Source: Methylosinus sporium (GTDB taxonomy: Bacteria > Pseudomonadota > Alphaproteobacteria > Rhizobiales > Beijerinckiaceae). Taken from it: DNA of 64,000 nt. The DNA lies in NCBI RefSeq assembly GCF_044758975.1, contig NZ_CP172862.1. The stretch is one strand, 5' to 3'. A model generated the notes under the pieces. The model saw only the letters and a list, made by a program, of their open reading frames with translations, was not told where the DNA came from and did not search any database. The position numbers and the translations under genes were made by a program. Within the stretch, counting starts at the first letter, position 1; every line of letters starts with the position of its first letter. This document shows positions 18,991-31,001 of this stretch, piece by piece.

Positions 18991-20034
18991 ATGGGCGCCG
19001 CTGGATTTTTCCGCCTCGACCGGCCGCTGACGGCGGCGGAGGTCGCCGAGATCGCGGGCGCACGCCTCCCCGAGGCCGCCTTGGACGCCGAGGACGTCAT
19101 CATCGGCGTCGCGCCGCTCGATCTGGCGCGGCCGGGCGAGCTCGCCTTCTATGACCGTCGACGTTATGCGCAGGCGCTCCGCCTCTGCCGCGCCACCGCC
19201 TGCCTGCTGCGCGCGCGCGATCTCGATTCGCTGCCGAGCGGCGTCATTCCGCTGGTGACGCCCGAGCCCCACAAGGCCATGGCGAGGGTGATGGCGCGGC
19301 TGTTTCCCGATTCGCTGCGGCCGCAGTCGCTATTTTCCGCGAGCGGCGTCTCACCCGGCGCGATCATCCACCCGACAGCGCGGCTGGAGCCGGGCGTCTT
19401 AGTCGATCCTGGCGCCGTCGTCGGCCCACGCGCGGAGATCGGCTCGGGCAGCGTCATCGGCCCGCAGGCGGTGATCGGCCCGGATGTCCGCATCGGGCGC
19501 GACTGCTCCATCGGCGCCAATGTCAGCGTCATTTGCGCGCTCATCGGCGACCGCGTCATCCTTCATCCGGGCGCGCGGCTCGGCCAGGACGGCTTCGGCT
19601 TCGCGCTGTCGACGGAGGGGCATGTGAAGGCGCCGCAGATCGGCCGCGTCATCGTGCAGGACGATGTCGAGATCGGCGCCAATACGACGATCGACCGCGG
19701 CGCGACGCGCGACACCATCATCGGGGAGGGGACCAAGATCGACAATCTGGTCCAGATCGGCCACAACGTGGTCATCGGCCGCGGCTGCGTCATCGTCGCG
19801 CAATCGGGACTCGCCGGCTCCTGCGAGCTCGGCGACTTCGTCGCTCTGGGCGGCCAATCGGCGATCGGCGGCCATATCACCGTTGGCGAAGGCGCGCAGA
19901 TCGCCGCCAAATCCGGCGTGACCCGTGACGTGCCGGCCGGCGCGCGCTGGAGCGGCGCGCCGGCGCGCCCTGTGCGGCGCCATTTGCGCGGCGAGCTTCT
20001 GCTCGATCGCCAATCCCGCCGCGAGGCGAGGTAA
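18991..20034 (+). CDS. lpxD: UDP-3-O-(3-hydroxyacyl)glucosamine N-acyltransferase
   Basis: Left-handed beta-helix hexapeptide repeats and the conserved N-terminal domain. Position after bamA. Confidence 0.9.
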   Translation: MGAAGFFRLDRPLTAAEVAEIAGARLPEAALDAEDVIIGVAPLDLARPGELAFYDRRRYAQALRLCRATACLLRARDLDSLPSGVIPLVTPEPHKAMARVMARLFPDSLRPQSLFSASGVSPGAIIHPTARLEPGVLVDPGAVVGPRAEIGSGSVIGPQAVIGPDVRIGRDCSIGANVSVICALIGDRVILHPGARLGQDGFGFALSTEGHVKAPQIGRVIVQDDVEIGANTTIDRGATRDTIIGEGTKIDNLVQIGHNVVIGRGCVIVAQSGLAGSCELGDFVALGGQSAIGGHITVGEGAQIAAKSGVTRDVPAGARWSGAPARPVRRHLRGELLLDRQSRREAR

Positions 20035-20115
20035 ACCGGCGCCGGACGCCGGGTGAACGAGAGACGGGCCAGCGGCGGAGAGACGCGTGGGACCCGGAGG
20101 GGGAGGAAAAAGAAA

Positions 20116-20577
20116 ATGAGCGAAGAAACAACGGCCGACGCGCTGGAAACCCTCGGCGTCCATCAGATTTTGGAGCTGCTGCCGCACCGTTATCCGTTTC
20201 TGCTGGTCGATCGCATCATCGATATCCGCGGCGACGAGAGCGGCGTCGGACTGAAGAACGTCACCTTCAACGAGCCGCAGTTTCAGGGCCATTTCCCCGA
20301 AAATCCGGTGTTTCCGGGCGTGCTGATGGTGGAGGCCATGGCGCAGACGGCGGGCGCCATCGCCGCCCACATGCTGCCGAAGGGCTCGACCGGCAAGGTC
20401 TTCTTCACGACGATCGACAAGGCGAAATTTCGCCGTCCGGTGACGCCGGGCGATCGTCTCGAGTTTCATGTCGCCAAAACGGCCCGCAAGCGGAACATTT
20501 ATTGGTACGCCTGCCGGGCGCTGGTCGATGGCGTGCTGGTCTGCGAGGCGGAGCTGAGCGTGATGATCGGCGCCTGA
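20116..20577 (+). CDS. fabZ: 3-hydroxyacyl-ACP dehydratase
   Basis: [13 protein letters not shown] and [12 protein letters not shown] motifs. ATG at 20116 follows an AGGAAAAAG Shine-Dalgarno. Confidence 0.92.
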   Translation: MSEETTADALETLGVHQILELLPHRYPFLLVDRIIDIRGDESGVGLKNVTFNEPQFQGHFPENPVFPGVLMVEAMAQTAGAIAAHMLPKGSTGKVFFTTIDKAKFRRPVTPGDRLEFHVAKTARKRNIYWYACRALVDGVLVCEAELSVMIGA

Positions 20578-20605
20578 GCGCCGCCGCATCGCCCGGACGG
20601 GGCCA

Positions 20606-21421
20606 ATGACCGCGAGCGCGCGCATCCATCCTTCCGCTGTCGTCGAGGCGGGCGCGCGCCTCGGCGAGGGCGTCGTCATCGGGCCATTCTGCCATATCGG
20701 CGCCGAGGTCGAGCTCGGCGCCGGCGCGCGTCTCCTCTCGCATGTCGTCTTGACCGGGCGAACGCGCATCGGCCCGGAGGCGGAAATCCATCCTTTCGCC
20801 GTGCTCGGCGCCGCGGCGCAGGATTTGAAATCCCGCGGCCTGCCGGGAGCGCTCGTCATCGGCCGCGGCTGCCTCGCGCGCGAGGGCGTCACCATCAACG
20901 CGGGAACGCCGGCGGGCGGCGGCGAGACGCGCATCGGCGACGATTGCGCCTTTCTCGCCTATTCCCATGTCGGCCACGATTGCGCGATCGGCGATGGCGT
21001 GGTCCTCTCCAATAATGTGCTGCTCGGCGGCCATGTCCACATCGGCGATCATGTGGCGATCGGCGGCGCGACGGTCGTGCATCAGCGTGTGCGCATCGGC
21101 GCGCATAGCTTCGTCGCCGGCCTCTCGGGCCTCGAGGGCGATCTCATTCCTTTCGGCCTCGCGGGCGGCAATCGCGCGCATTTGTTCGGCCTCAATCTCG
21201 TCGGCCTGCGCCGGCGCGGCTTTTCCGACGCGCGCCTCGCTGTTTTGCGCGAGGCGTTTCGCTGCTTGTTCCCGCAGGAGACGGGCGCCGATGTGCTCGC
21301 TGCGCGCGTCGAATCCGTCGCTGCGGATTTCGCCGGCGCCGAGGATGTGGAGGCGCTGATCGCCTTTCTGCGCGGCGAGCGGGAGCGGCCGCTCTGCGCG
21401 CCGCGTCCGGCGCGGGGCTAG
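20606..21421 (+). CDS. lpxA: Acyl-ACP--UDP-N-acetylglucosamine O-acyltransferase
   Basis: Hexapeptide repeats and a C-terminal helical domain. Genomic context. Confidence 0.9.
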   Translation: MTASARIHPSAVVEAGARLGEGVVIGPFCHIGAEVELGAGARLLSHVVLTGRTRIGPEAEIHPFAVLGAAAQDLKSRGLPGALVIGRGCLAREGVTINAGTPAGGGETRIGDDCAFLAYSHVGHDCAIGDGVVLSNNVLLGGHVHIGDHVAIGGATVVHQRVRIGAHSFVAGLSGLEGDLIPFGLAGGNRAHLFGLNLVGLRRRGFSDARLAVLREAFRCLFPQETGADVLAARVESVAADFAGAEDVEALIAFLRGERERPLCAPRPARG

Positions 21422-21425
21422 GGCG

Positions 21426-22583
21426 GTGGCGAGGCCCGGCCATGTGTTTCTCGTCGCGGGGGAGGCCTCCGGCGACCTTCTCGGCGCGCTGCTGATGCGC
21501 GCGCTGCGGGCCGAGCGGCCGGAGATTCGCTTCTCCGGCGTCGGCGGCGAGGCGATGGCGCGCGAAGGGCTCGCGAGCCTCTTTCCCCTCGGCGATATCG
21601 CCGTCATGGGCCTCGTTCCCGTGCTGCGGCTCCTGCCGACGCTGCTCGAGCGCATAGACCGAACAGCGCGCGCGATCGTGGAGACGCAGCCCGATTGCCT
21701 CGTGCTCATCGATGCGCCGGATTTCACTCATCGCGTCGCGCGGAGGGTGCGGCGCGCGCGGCCGGAACTGCCGATCCTCGATTATGTGAGCCCGACGGTC
21801 TGGGCCTGGCGGCCCGGACGGGCGCGGGCGATGCGCGCCTATATCGACGAGGTGCTGGCTGTGCTGCCCTTCGAGCCGGCGGCGCATCGGCGGCTCGGCG
21901 GCCCGGCCTGCGTCCATGTGGGCCATCCGCTGCTCGATTGCCTCGACGCGCTGACGCCATCGGCCGCCGAGCTGGCGGCGCGCGAGACGGAGAGGCCGCT
22001 GCTGCTCGTCCTGCCGGGCTCGCGCCGCGCCGAGGTGGCGCGGCTCATGCCGGCTTTCGGCGAGACAGTGGCGGCGCTCGCCGCGCGATGCGGGCCGTTG
22101 GATGTGGCCCTCCCTGTCGTGCCCCATGTCGCCGAAGACATCGAAGCGCGCCTCGCCGGCTGGCCGCTGCGGCCGCGGCTTCTCTCGCAAGAGGAGAAGC
22201 CGGCGGCTTTCCGCCGGGCGCGCGCGGCGCTCGTCGCCTCGGGCGCGGCGACCTTGGAGCTGGCGCTGGCCGGCGTTCCCATGGTCGTCGCCTATAAGGT
22301 CGCGCCGATCGAATGGCCGCTGCGCGCGCTCATCAGCGTCGACAGCATAGTGCTGCCCAATCTCGTGCTCGGCGAGCGGGTCGTTCCCGAATTTTTGCAG
22401 AAGCGGGCGGAGCCTAGGGCGCTCGCGGCGGCGCTGGAACCGCTCCTGCGCGGCGGCGCCGAGCGCGCGGCGCAAGCGAGCGGCCTCGCGCGCGTGCGCG
22501 AGCGTATGCTGGCGGATGGGCGCAGCCCCAGCGCGCGCGCCGCCGAGCGTGTGCTCTTAAGGCTGGATGGCGCAAGCAAATAG
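21426..22583 (+). CDS. lpxB: Lipid-A-disaccharide synthase
   Basis: VFLVAGEASGDLLGA N-terminal signature. Confidence 0.9.
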   Translation: MARPGHVFLVAGEASGDLLGALLMRALRAERPEIRFSGVGGEAMAREGLASLFPLGDIAVMGLVPVLRLLPTLLERIDRTARAIVETQPDCLVLIDAPDFTHRVARRVRRARPELPILDYVSPTVWAWRPGRARAMRAYIDEVLAVLPFEPAAHRRLGGPACVHVGHPLLDCLDALTPSAAELAARETERPLLLVLPGSRRAEVARLMPAFGETVAALAARCGPLDVALPVVPHVAEDIEARLAGWPLRPRLLSQEEKPAAFRRARAALVASGAATLELALAGVPMVVAYKVAPIEWPLRALISVDSIVLPNLVLGERVVPEFLQKRAEPRALAAALEPLLRGGAERAAQASGLARVRERMLADGRSPSARAAERVLLRLDGASK

Positions 22584-22617
22584 GGGAGGCCGCGCTTCCG
22601 GACGCACGACCTCCCCG
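22584..22617 (+). terminator. GC-rich hairpin immediately after the lpxB stop (GGGGAGG ... CCTCCCC)
   Basis: 7-bp G/C stem (22584-22590 / 22611-22617) enclosing a ~20-nt loop. No T-tract, so function as an intrinsic terminator is uncertain. Confidence 0.35.
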
Positions 22618-22754
22618 CGATATGTAAAAACGTAACCAACAGCAACAACGCTCGAGGCTTAGCCCGGCTTCACCTTCGCCGCATCCCCCATTTGGGAGAG
22701 GTCGCGCAAAATTCGGCGAGCAGAGCCTTCATCCTGGTCGGCTCACGTCTCGCT

Positions 22755-24179
22755 CTATTCTTGACGCTTGCCGCCGCTGTCGGCCAGCTCATTGGAAAAA
22801 TATTCGCCGGTCGATTTGAACAGATGACAGGCGCTCTCGTCGAGACGGAAGGTGAAAGCGACGCAGGCGTCCTCCTCGCGGCAGGCCGCCTCGCAGGCGT
22901 CGGGACCTTCGGCGGAGGCCGTCTTATAGCCGGCGCCGGGGAAGGCCTTGGACGGGTAGCGCTCCATGGCGAGCGCGCCGGAGGGCGCGCGCGGAATGCG
23001 AATATCCTCGCGCAGGCCGCTGGTCATGCGCGGATTGAGCGAGAAAGCGACGGCCGCGGATTTGAGGCGGCAGGTGCGATTCCAGCGATCGAAGGCATAG
23101 GCCCGGCAATCGGCGCGGCCGCGGCAGGCGGCGACGCAGGCGGGCTGATCGAGCTTGCGCAGAGTGGCGAGCGTCGGCCCCGTGAGGTCGCGATTGTCGA
23201 AGCCGCGAAAGGCCGTCGGCTTTTGCGGGCCGATGACGGCGGGCGGAAGCCGCTCCGGCTCCTCCTCCGGCGCGAGCGCTGTCGTCGCCTCCGGCGCTGG
23301 CGTCTCCGCTCGCGGCGCGATCTGGGGCGGAACGGCGATCGCCTCTTTCGCCGGCGGCTCGGACGGCGCTAGCGTGACAGGCGCCGGCCCGCTCGGCGGG
23401 AAGGGGGATATCTTCGCGCGCGCGAGCTCGGGATCGGCGGCGATCGCGCGTGCGATCACATAGGCCTTGTCCTCACGAAGCAGCGCCGCGAGCGCCTCCT
23501 CGCGCGCCCGGCTTGCCGCGAGATCGCCGAGCGTCGCGCGGGCGCGCGTCTCCAGCTCGCTCGCGGAAGCGTCGAGATGCGCGAGCGCGGCGCGCAGCTC
23601 GGGCGGCGCCGCCTCCGAACGCCGCGCCCATTGCGCCGCGCCGACGAGGGCGGCGAAAAGGACGAGCGCAGCGACGATGAGGGCGCGCCCTCGGCGGCGC
23701 GGCGGCGGCGGCGCGGCTGCGATGGCGGCGGCCGTTTCCGCCGCTCGCTGCGCCGCGCGCCGCTGAGCCTCTGCGAGGCGCTCCTCCAATTGCTGAATAT
23801 GTCGGGCGCCTTCGTCGAGACGCTGCTCCAGCTCCTGCGATCGCGCATCGGCTTCCGGGCTCGCGCTCGCGGAGCTCGGCGGCTCCAGCCGCCGCGCGCC
23901 GCGCTCCAGCCAGATCTCGAACAGAGTGGAGAGATTCGGCTTGGGCGAGGAAATTCCGCGCCGCTCGCGATCGAGCCAAGCGTCGAAATCGCGGGCGAAA
24001 GCGGCGAGCACATTCTCGACCGTCGTCTGCTCGCGCGCGGCGCGCTGCTCGTAATGACGGCGCGCGTCGCGCAGCATCGTCGCGCATTCCTCGCGATATT
24101 GCGCCTCGACCTCGTCCCATGAACGTCGCGCGTCGGGAGCGCTCGCCTCGCGCCGCGCCACATCGTTCACAGCACCCAT
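22755..24179 (-). CDS. Single-pass membrane protein with two C-terminal PAN/Apple-like Cys-rich domains
   Basis: Cytoplasmic coiled-coil N-terminus, TM segment ALIVAALVLFAALVGAAQWA, Pro/Ala-rich linker, then two modules with the Cys spacing CVAACRGRADCRAYAF...CRL and CEAACREEDACVAFTF...CHLF. Confidence 0.55.
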   Translation of the reverse strand: MGAVNDVARREASAPDARRSWDEVEAQYREECATMLRDARRHYEQRAAREQTTVENVLAAFARDFDAWLDRERRGISSPKPNLSTLFEIWLERGARRLEPPSSASASPEADARSQELEQRLDEGARHIQQLEERLAEAQRRAAQRAAETAAAIAAAPPPPRRRGRALIVAALVLFAALVGAAQWARRSEAAPPELRAALAHLDASASELETRARATLGDLAASRAREEALAALLREDKAYVIARAIAADPELARAKISPFPPSGPAPVTLAPSEPPAKEAIAVPPQIAPRAETPAPEATTALAPEEEPERLPPAVIGPQKPTAFRGFDNRDLTGPTLATLRKLDQPACVAACRGRADCRAYAFDRWNRTCRLKSAAVAFSLNPRMTSGLREDIRIPRAPSGALAMERYPSKAFPGAGYKTASAEGPDACEAACREEDACVAFTFRLDESACHLFKSTGEYFSNELADSGGKRQE

Positions 24180-24589
24180 CGTCGTCTCCCGCTTCGTGCT
24201 CTCGGTCGCTGCGCGATCGCTCGATCACGTTCGGTTTCTAATACGGATTTGCGGCGCTCGTCCAAATCATGCGCCGTCGTCGCGGCGGCGACGACGGAGT
24301 TCACGGGCGGTCCCTTGGGACACGGGGGATTTTGCCGCGGGCGGGGCGGGGGCGTTTCGCTCATGACGAATGATCCGATCATGGCGAATCGCGCGGGACG
24401 CGATTCGGCGATTCGCCGGGGCTGAAATCGATGATTGAAACGCAGCGACGAAAAGCACGCGCAGGGCGAAAAATGCTCGCGTGAATCGAGGGGCGGGCGT
24501 CGCCATTGGCGGCGACGAACGTGTCAATTTCGAGTCGCGCGCCCGTGTCTGCGCAACCTACGGAGAGGCCGGCGCCGACCGCTCGACGA

Positions 24590-25237
24590 TCACGCGCGCA
24601 GGACGGCGCGGCCGGAGCGAATGGCGGAGACGATGCGAACGACGATCTCCGAGCCCGTGCGGCGGCTGCGCGCGTCGAATTCCGTCGCCGCCTCGGGCGT
24701 CAATATGTCGAGATAGGACTCGGCGACGCGCAGCTTCTCGCTCATCGTCGGATCGACATAGCCGAGCGCGAAAGAGAGCGCGGGCGTGCGCCCGGCGACG
24801 ACGGTCGCATGATCGTCGGTGACGAGATGGCTCGCAGAGAGCGAGCCGCCGATCTCGCAGCGGCCGGCGCTCGCGCTGTTGAAGACCGCGCCTTCCGCGC
24901 GCAGATCGCCGCGCACGACGACCTCGGCGCCGCCGAGCGTGACCGTGCGCGCTCTGAGATTGCCGCGCGCCAGCACGAAGGCCGCCGAGCCGTCGAAGGA
25001 ATTGTCCATGAGATCGCCGTCGATCGTCACATCGCCATCGACGACGAGGCCTGCGATCTTGTCGCACCACATCCATTGATAGAGCTCTATGTCGCCGACA
25101 TAGGCGAAATCGCCCGGGCAATAGGCGATGCGGAAAGTGGAGAGATCGAAGAGGCCGAGGCTGATCTCGCGATCGAAGCGCAGCTTCTGGCGCGCCTCCT
25201 CGAAAGAGAGCAATTCATAGGACCCCGTCTCGATCAT
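24590..25237 (-). CDS. Hypothetical protein with beta-helix-like short repeats
   Basis: Start MIETGSYELL chosen at M97 of the longer ORF. The central region has repeated G-D-L/V-x-x-x-G motifs (VVDGDVTIDGDLMDN..., VVVRGDLRAEGAVFN...). Confidence 0.45.
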   Translation of the reverse strand: MIETGSYELLSFEEARQKLRFDREISLGLFDLSTFRIAYCPGDFAYVGDIELYQWMWCDKIAGLVVDGDVTIDGDLMDNSFDGSAAFVLARGNLRARTVTLGGAEVVVRGDLRAEGAVFNSASAGRCEIGGSLSASHLVTDDHATVVAGRTPALSFALGYVDPTMSEKLRVAESYLDILTPEAATEFDARSRRTGSEIVVRIVSAIRSGRAVLRA

Positions 25238-25395
25238 TTCCGCCTCCCCGTTTGGTGAGGAGACAATGGCGGGAGCGGAACCGTAAATCTGTGCGTGAGC
25301 GCACAAGACGTTTCGGCCTTCGCATCTCGAGACGCGAAGGCCGGTAGCAGCGTTCGGATACGGCAATCGGGTGAATGCCGAAAGGGGCGCGCTCA

Positions 25396-25519
25396 CCCTC
25401 CCCTTTAGGGGGAGGGTCGGTCGGCGATAGCCGGACGGGGTGGGGTTCGCGGCGAAGACTCGGGGCGTCACCCCCTCCCGAGCGCCTGCGGCGCTCGACC
25501 TCCCCCTCGAGGGGGAGGT
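25396..25519. repeat. Cluster of G-rich hairpin (REP-like) elements
   Basis: CCCTCCCC-TTTA-GGGGGAGGG hairpin, a GCGCC-TGC-GGCGC palindrome and a CCTCCCCC-TCGA-GGGGGAGG hairpin within ~125 bp, between two minus-strand genes. Confidence 0.5.
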
Positions 25520-25591
25520 GGACACGCCTCTTCAATCACCACTTCTCGTTCGCCCGATCGCCCTGAGCGTTCGGACGTCAGCGCGTCGACA

Positions 25592-26878
<1,287 letters not shown>

Positions 26879-27210
26879 GGCCCCACCTTCTCGCGTTATC
26901 CGTGCAGTTTCGCGGTGCTTCGGCGAAACGCCGCAGCATATTTTACGCCACGCCCGAGCCGCGCTTCCCTCGCGGCTCGATCTCGCCAGCGAAAATCGTT
27001 CGAGCGCAGGCGCTTTCGCGCCATGGGCCGCCGCGCCCGCTCGATCGAACGTAAATCGCTTTAAATTCAAACCCTCCTGCGATTGGCCGGCGGAACTGCG
27101 TCGGTCGCCGCGCCGTTGCGGCGCATGCGCAGCGGGCAGGGGGAGGCAATGTGGCGCAGCAGAGGACCTCTTTGTGCGTTGCACAAACTATAGCATCCCG
27201 CGCCCGCGGT

Positions 27211-28638
27211 TCAAGCGCGTTGCGCCGCCTGGTCGCGCAGGCGGGCGAGGCTCTCTTCCTTGCCGAGGATCGCCAGCACGTCGAAAATGCCGGGGGAGGT
27301 GGTGCGCCCGGTGAGCGCGGCGCGCAATGGCTGCGCCAGATCGCCGAGCTTGACGCCCTGCGCCGCCGCCGTCTCGCGCACGATATTCTCGGTCGCGGCG
27401 GCGCTCCACTCCTCGAGCGCGGCCAGCTTTTCCGTCAGCGCGGCGAGATGCGCCTTCGCCGCCGGCGACAGCAGCGCGGCGGCCTTGGCGTCCAGCGCCA
27501 GCGGCCGCTCGGCGAAGAGGAAGCCCGAGCCGTCGACCAGCTCGTTGAGCGTCTTGGCGCGCGCCTTGAGGCCGGGCATGGCCGCGGCGAGCTGCGCCTT
27601 GCGCGTGTCGTCGAGCTTGGCGGCGAGCGCCGCGCCGCCCTCGAGATAGGGCAGAGTGGCGATCAGCGCCTCGAGCAGCTCGGAATCCTCGCTGCTGCGC
27701 AGATAATGGCCGTTCATATTCTCGAGCTTCACGAAATCGAAGCGCGCCGGCGAGCGATGAATGCTCTCGAGATCGAAAGCCTCGATCATCTCCGCGGTCG
27801 AGAAAAACTCGCGGTCGCCCTGGCTCCAGCCGAGGCGCAGAAGATAATTGCGCAGCGCCGCCGGCAGATAGCCCATGCCGCGATAGGCGTCCACGCCGAG
27901 CGCGCCATGGCGCTTCGACAGCTTGGCGCCGTCCGGCCCATGGATGAGCGGAATATGGGCGAGCTTGGGCGCCTCCCATCCCAGCGCGTCATAGATGTGC
28001 TTTTGCCGCGCGGCGTTGGTGAGATGATCGTCGCCGCGGATGATCTGCGTGACGCCCATATCGTGATCGTCGACGACGACGGCGAGCATATAGGTCGGCG
28101 CGCCATCCGAGCGCAGCAGCACGAAATCGTCGATATCCTTGTTGGGGAAGACGACGCGGCCCTGCACGGCGTCCTCGATCACCGTCTCGCCCTCTTGCGG
28201 AGTCTTCAGCCGAATGACCGGCGCGACGCCCGCCGGCGCCTCGGACGGATCGCGGTCGCGCCAGCGCCCGTCATAGCGCGGCGGACGGCCCTCGGCGCGC
28301 GCCCTCTCGCGCATCTCCTCCAGCTCCTGCGCGCTGGCGTAGCAGCGATAGGCCTTGCCTTTGGCGAGCAGCTCCTCGGCGATCTCGCGATGACGCGGCG
28401 CGCGCGCGAATTGAAATACGGCGTCGCCGTCCCAATCGAGCCCGAGCCAGCGCATTCCATCGAAAATAGCGTCGACGGCCGCCTGGGTGGAGCGCTCGCG
28501 ATCCGTGTCTTCTATGCGCAGCAGAAAGCGCCCGCCGTGGCGCTTGGCGTAGAGCCAGCTGAACAGCGCCGTGCGCGCGCTGCCGATATGGAGGAAGCCG
28601 GTGGGAGAGGGGGCGAAGCGCGTGACGACCTGAGACAT
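27211..28638 (-). CDS. gltX: Glutamate--tRNA ligase
   Basis: HIGH-type motif ([14 protein letters not shown]) and KMSKS-type motif (KLSKRHG). Start MSQVVTRF at M95. Confidence 0.92.
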   Translation of the reverse strand: MSQVVTRFAPSPTGFLHIGSARTALFSWLYAKRHGGRFLLRIEDTDRERSTQAAVDAIFDGMRWLGLDWDGDAVFQFARAPRHREIAEELLAKGKAYRCYASAQELEEMRERARAEGRPPRYDGRWRDRDPSEAPAGVAPVIRLKTPQEGETVIEDAVQGRVVFPNKDIDDFVLLRSDGAPTYMLAVVVDDHDMGVTQIIRGDDHLTNAARQKHIYDALGWEAPKLAHIPLIHGPDGAKLSKRHGALGVDAYRGMGYLPAALRNYLLRLGWSQGDREFFSTAEMIEAFDLESIHRSPARFDFVKLENMNGHYLRSSEDSELLEALIATLPYLEGGAALAAKLDDTRKAQLAAAMPGLKARAKTLNELVDGSGFLFAERPLALDAKAAALLSPAAKAHLAALTEKLAALEEWSAAATENIVRETAAAQGVKLGDLAQPLRAALTGRTTSPGIFDVLAILGKEESLARLRDQAAQRA

Positions 28639-28744
28639 GAGCGCGGCTGACGGTCCTTGAGAATTTAGAGCGGAGGCCCGTCTAGCACGCTGCGGGCCAG
28701 GGGGGAACTGCGGGGGGAGGGGCGCGCCCTGCCTCGGCTTCCGG

Positions 28745-28960
28745 CCGATGGCGCAACCCTCGCCCTCATGCCGAGAACAGGGGCGTCGAGCGCGGCCTTC
28801 GGGAACTCGCCCTCGTGCTTCGAGACGGCTCCTGCGGAGCCTCCTCAGCATGAGGGCGAGGGTTGAGGCCTTTCCCGCATCGCCCCTGCATTCCGGCGCC
28901 TCGGCAGAAGCTTTCCTCATCCTGAGGAGCCCGCGCAGCGGGCGTCTCGAAGGACGAGGA
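28745..28960. repeat. Two nested palindromic REP-like elements in opposite orientation
   Basis: Element A (28758-28861) is closed by 14-bp inverted termini CCTCGCCCTCATGC / GCATGAGGGCGAGG. Element B (~28907-28958) is TTCCTCATCCTGAGGAGCCCGCGCAGCGGGCGTCTCGAAGGACGAGGAA, with an inner GCCCGC-GCA-GCGGGC palindrome. A carries an inverted diverged copy of B's core. Confidence 0.55.
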
Positions 28961-28984
28961 AAGCGTCGGGCGGAAACTCCCCAC

Positions 28985-30703
28985 TCACGAGAGAAAATCG
29001 AGAATGGGTCGCAGCCACTCCTCGATTTGCGGAAACTGATGCATCAGTTTTTGGATGGTCAGCGCTATGGCGCCGCCTTTTACGCCTATATAGCCCGCGC
29101 TCGTGACCGGCACGCCGATCAAAGCGCGTTTGGCCCATTTCGTCAGCTCGGGGCCGACTCCGTCGCCGAGCTTGCCGGCTTCTTTCACTATGCTCTTTTC
29201 GGCATGGCTCGCAAAGTTTTTCCCGGCGCGCTTCGCTGTTCCAGCCACGCCGTTCTTTGTAGAGATCGCCGCTTCGGCGATCGTCTTCAACACATTATCG
29301 ATGCTGGCGACGAGGTCTTCCGCCAGAAGATCGGCGCCCGCGGCGATCGGATCAAAGCGTTCGGCCTGCGCGTCGCGCTGGGCAGCGAGGCGGCTCGCCA
29401 TCTCACTCACGATCGCCGCGATTTCTTGCTCGACGAATTGCGCCGCCTCGTCTTCGCGTAACGCTTCCGCGAATTCGGCCGCGATGCGCGGCGTCTCCTC
29501 GCGCTGCTCGGCGGTGAGGCGGTCCTTTTCGGCGTTCGCCTTGAACTCGCGCCATTTCGGGAATTGTCGCACGGTACGATCGAAGGCGCGCGTAGCGGCG
29601 AGATAATCCGCGGCGAGCATGCGCGGCCATTCTTCGACGACGCCCGCGGCGTAAGCGTCGAGCTTTTCTTGCTCATGGGCGAGGCGAAACAATTGCTCCT
29701 GCGTCGGGCGTTTCGTCGGAATGAGGTCGGCGAGGCGTCGCAGAGAGGCGGCCGCGCGCTTGTCGATATTCGACTCTGCGTCGAGGCTTTCGACGAGATC
29801 GCCGAACTGCCGTTTCAATGCGAGCAAGGCTGCATTAAGAGCGCGAGCGTCGAGTTCTGCGCTGGCGGGCTTTTTCCGAAGGAGGATTTTTCCGTCCTCC
29901 GAGATCGGCTCGAGCGCAGCAGGTTTCGGTTCTGGAATTTTTGGCTGTTCGCGCGGCTTCTGTTTCTGCGTCAGCCGCGCGATTTCCTGTGCGAGCAGCG
30001 CATTTTGCTCGGCGGGGTCTTTCTCGCGCGGGTCGACGGGCAACGTCGCGAAGAGAAGCTCGATCTCCTCCGAGAGCTCCACGCCGTCGAGGCGGCGTTC
30101 GTACCAGTCGAACCAGGGCCGCCAATGCGTTTCCGCGAGGAGATCGCGCAAGAGCCACCAACGCTGTTTTACCCATGTCGGTGCGCCGCTCTGCGACCAC
30201 AGTGGATCGCCTGCGAGTTCGATCGGGGAGCGACCTGCTTCGAGCGCCGTGACGTCGCCGGAAATAGAACGCCAAATGGCGGCGCCATTGTTGTGGTAGT
30301 AGGCCGCAGCCGAGGCCGCGGCCTCGGCTGCGGCGGTAGCAGCGTAGATGTTGTCGGTGACGGCGGTAAAGTCGACAGCGTGGGCGGCGAAGGAGGCGGC
30401 GGGATCAGCGGCGTATTTGGCGACGTCGGCGGCACGAAGGCCATTGGTTCGGGCCGGATATTTGATGGCTACACGCGCTACCGCATTAGGCCAAAATATT
30501 GCCAGTGCCTCTTGCCCGAATTCCAGCGCTTTCAGTTCCTGAGCCCTTCGCGCCGTCAGTGGCAGGACTCTGAGTGCTGCGCGCGCCGCGATGACTCCCG
30601 CTGCTGGCTCCTGCCGATCAGGTGGCTGTGCCTCGAACCATCGCCTCAAGCTCCCTGAGTTGGAAATCCTCGGCTGTTCCTCTTCGTCGTCCAAATTCGA
30701 CAT
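28985..30703 (-). CDS. Large (572 aa) hypothetical protein, Ala/Glu-rich, no recognisable domain
   Basis: Start [10 protein letters not shown] at M77 of the ORF. No signal peptide or TM helix seen. Its upstream region (30704-31001) contains an A8 run and the lowest GC of the window. Divergently arranged with the flotillin gene. Confidence 0.5.
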   Translation of the reverse strand: MSNLDDEEEQPRISNSGSLRRWFEAQPPDRQEPAAGVIAARAALRVLPLTARRAQELKALEFGQEALAIFWPNAVARVAIKYPARTNGLRAADVAKYAADPAASFAAHAVDFTAVTDNIYAATAAAEAAASAAAYYHNNGAAIWRSISGDVTALEAGRSPIELAGDPLWSQSGAPTWVKQRWWLLRDLLAETHWRPWFDWYERRLDGVELSEEIELLFATLPVDPREKDPAEQNALLAQEIARLTQKQKPREQPKIPEPKPAALEPISEDGKILLRKKPASAELDARALNAALLALKRQFGDLVESLDAESNIDKRAAASLRRLADLIPTKRPTQEQLFRLAHEQEKLDAYAAGVVEEWPRMLAADYLAATRAFDRTVRQFPKWREFKANAEKDRLTAEQREETPRIAAEFAEALREDEAAQFVEQEIAAIVSEMASRLAAQRDAQAERFDPIAAGADLLAEDLVASIDNVLKTIAEAAISTKNGVAGTAKRAGKNFASHAEKSIVKEAGKLGDGVGPELTKWAKRALIGVPVTSAGYIGVKGGAIALTIQKLMHQFPQIEEWLRPILDFLS

Positions 30704-31001
30704 GAAAAAAAACTCCGCGCCGTAGCGAGGATGGATGCTCGCGAGCCAAAAAGCAAGGTGCGCCGCGCGGACGAGAAGACTCCGATAGTTAACTTTTTTA
30801 TGGATATATTTCAGCTGGTTGTGCTCAGATTCGTGCTCCTTCCAACCCCACCCCTCCTTGCAACTCCCCCGCCGCGTCCCCACGTCTCGCGCCGCATGAT
30901 CCGCGGCTGCGCCGAAGGCGCGGCGCCGCATGCTCCCGGCGGAATGCGCCTGGGAGAAAAGGCTTTGAACCGCGCATTCCGCTCAACCATGAGCAAATGA
31001 G

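Noticed and set aside
25375-25566. Short ORFs on both strands inside the G-rich hairpin cluster
   Set aside because: Their Pro/Gly/Glu/Arg-rich translations (e.g. ...PLEGEVERRRRSGGG...) derive from the palindromic repeat sequence itself. These are classic spurious REP-encoded ORFs.
28748-29461. 237-aa plus-strand ORF and 28766..28984 minus-strand ORF over the gltX-proximal repeat region
   Set aside because: They start inside the REP-like elements and run antisense into the 572-aa gene. No motifs are present.
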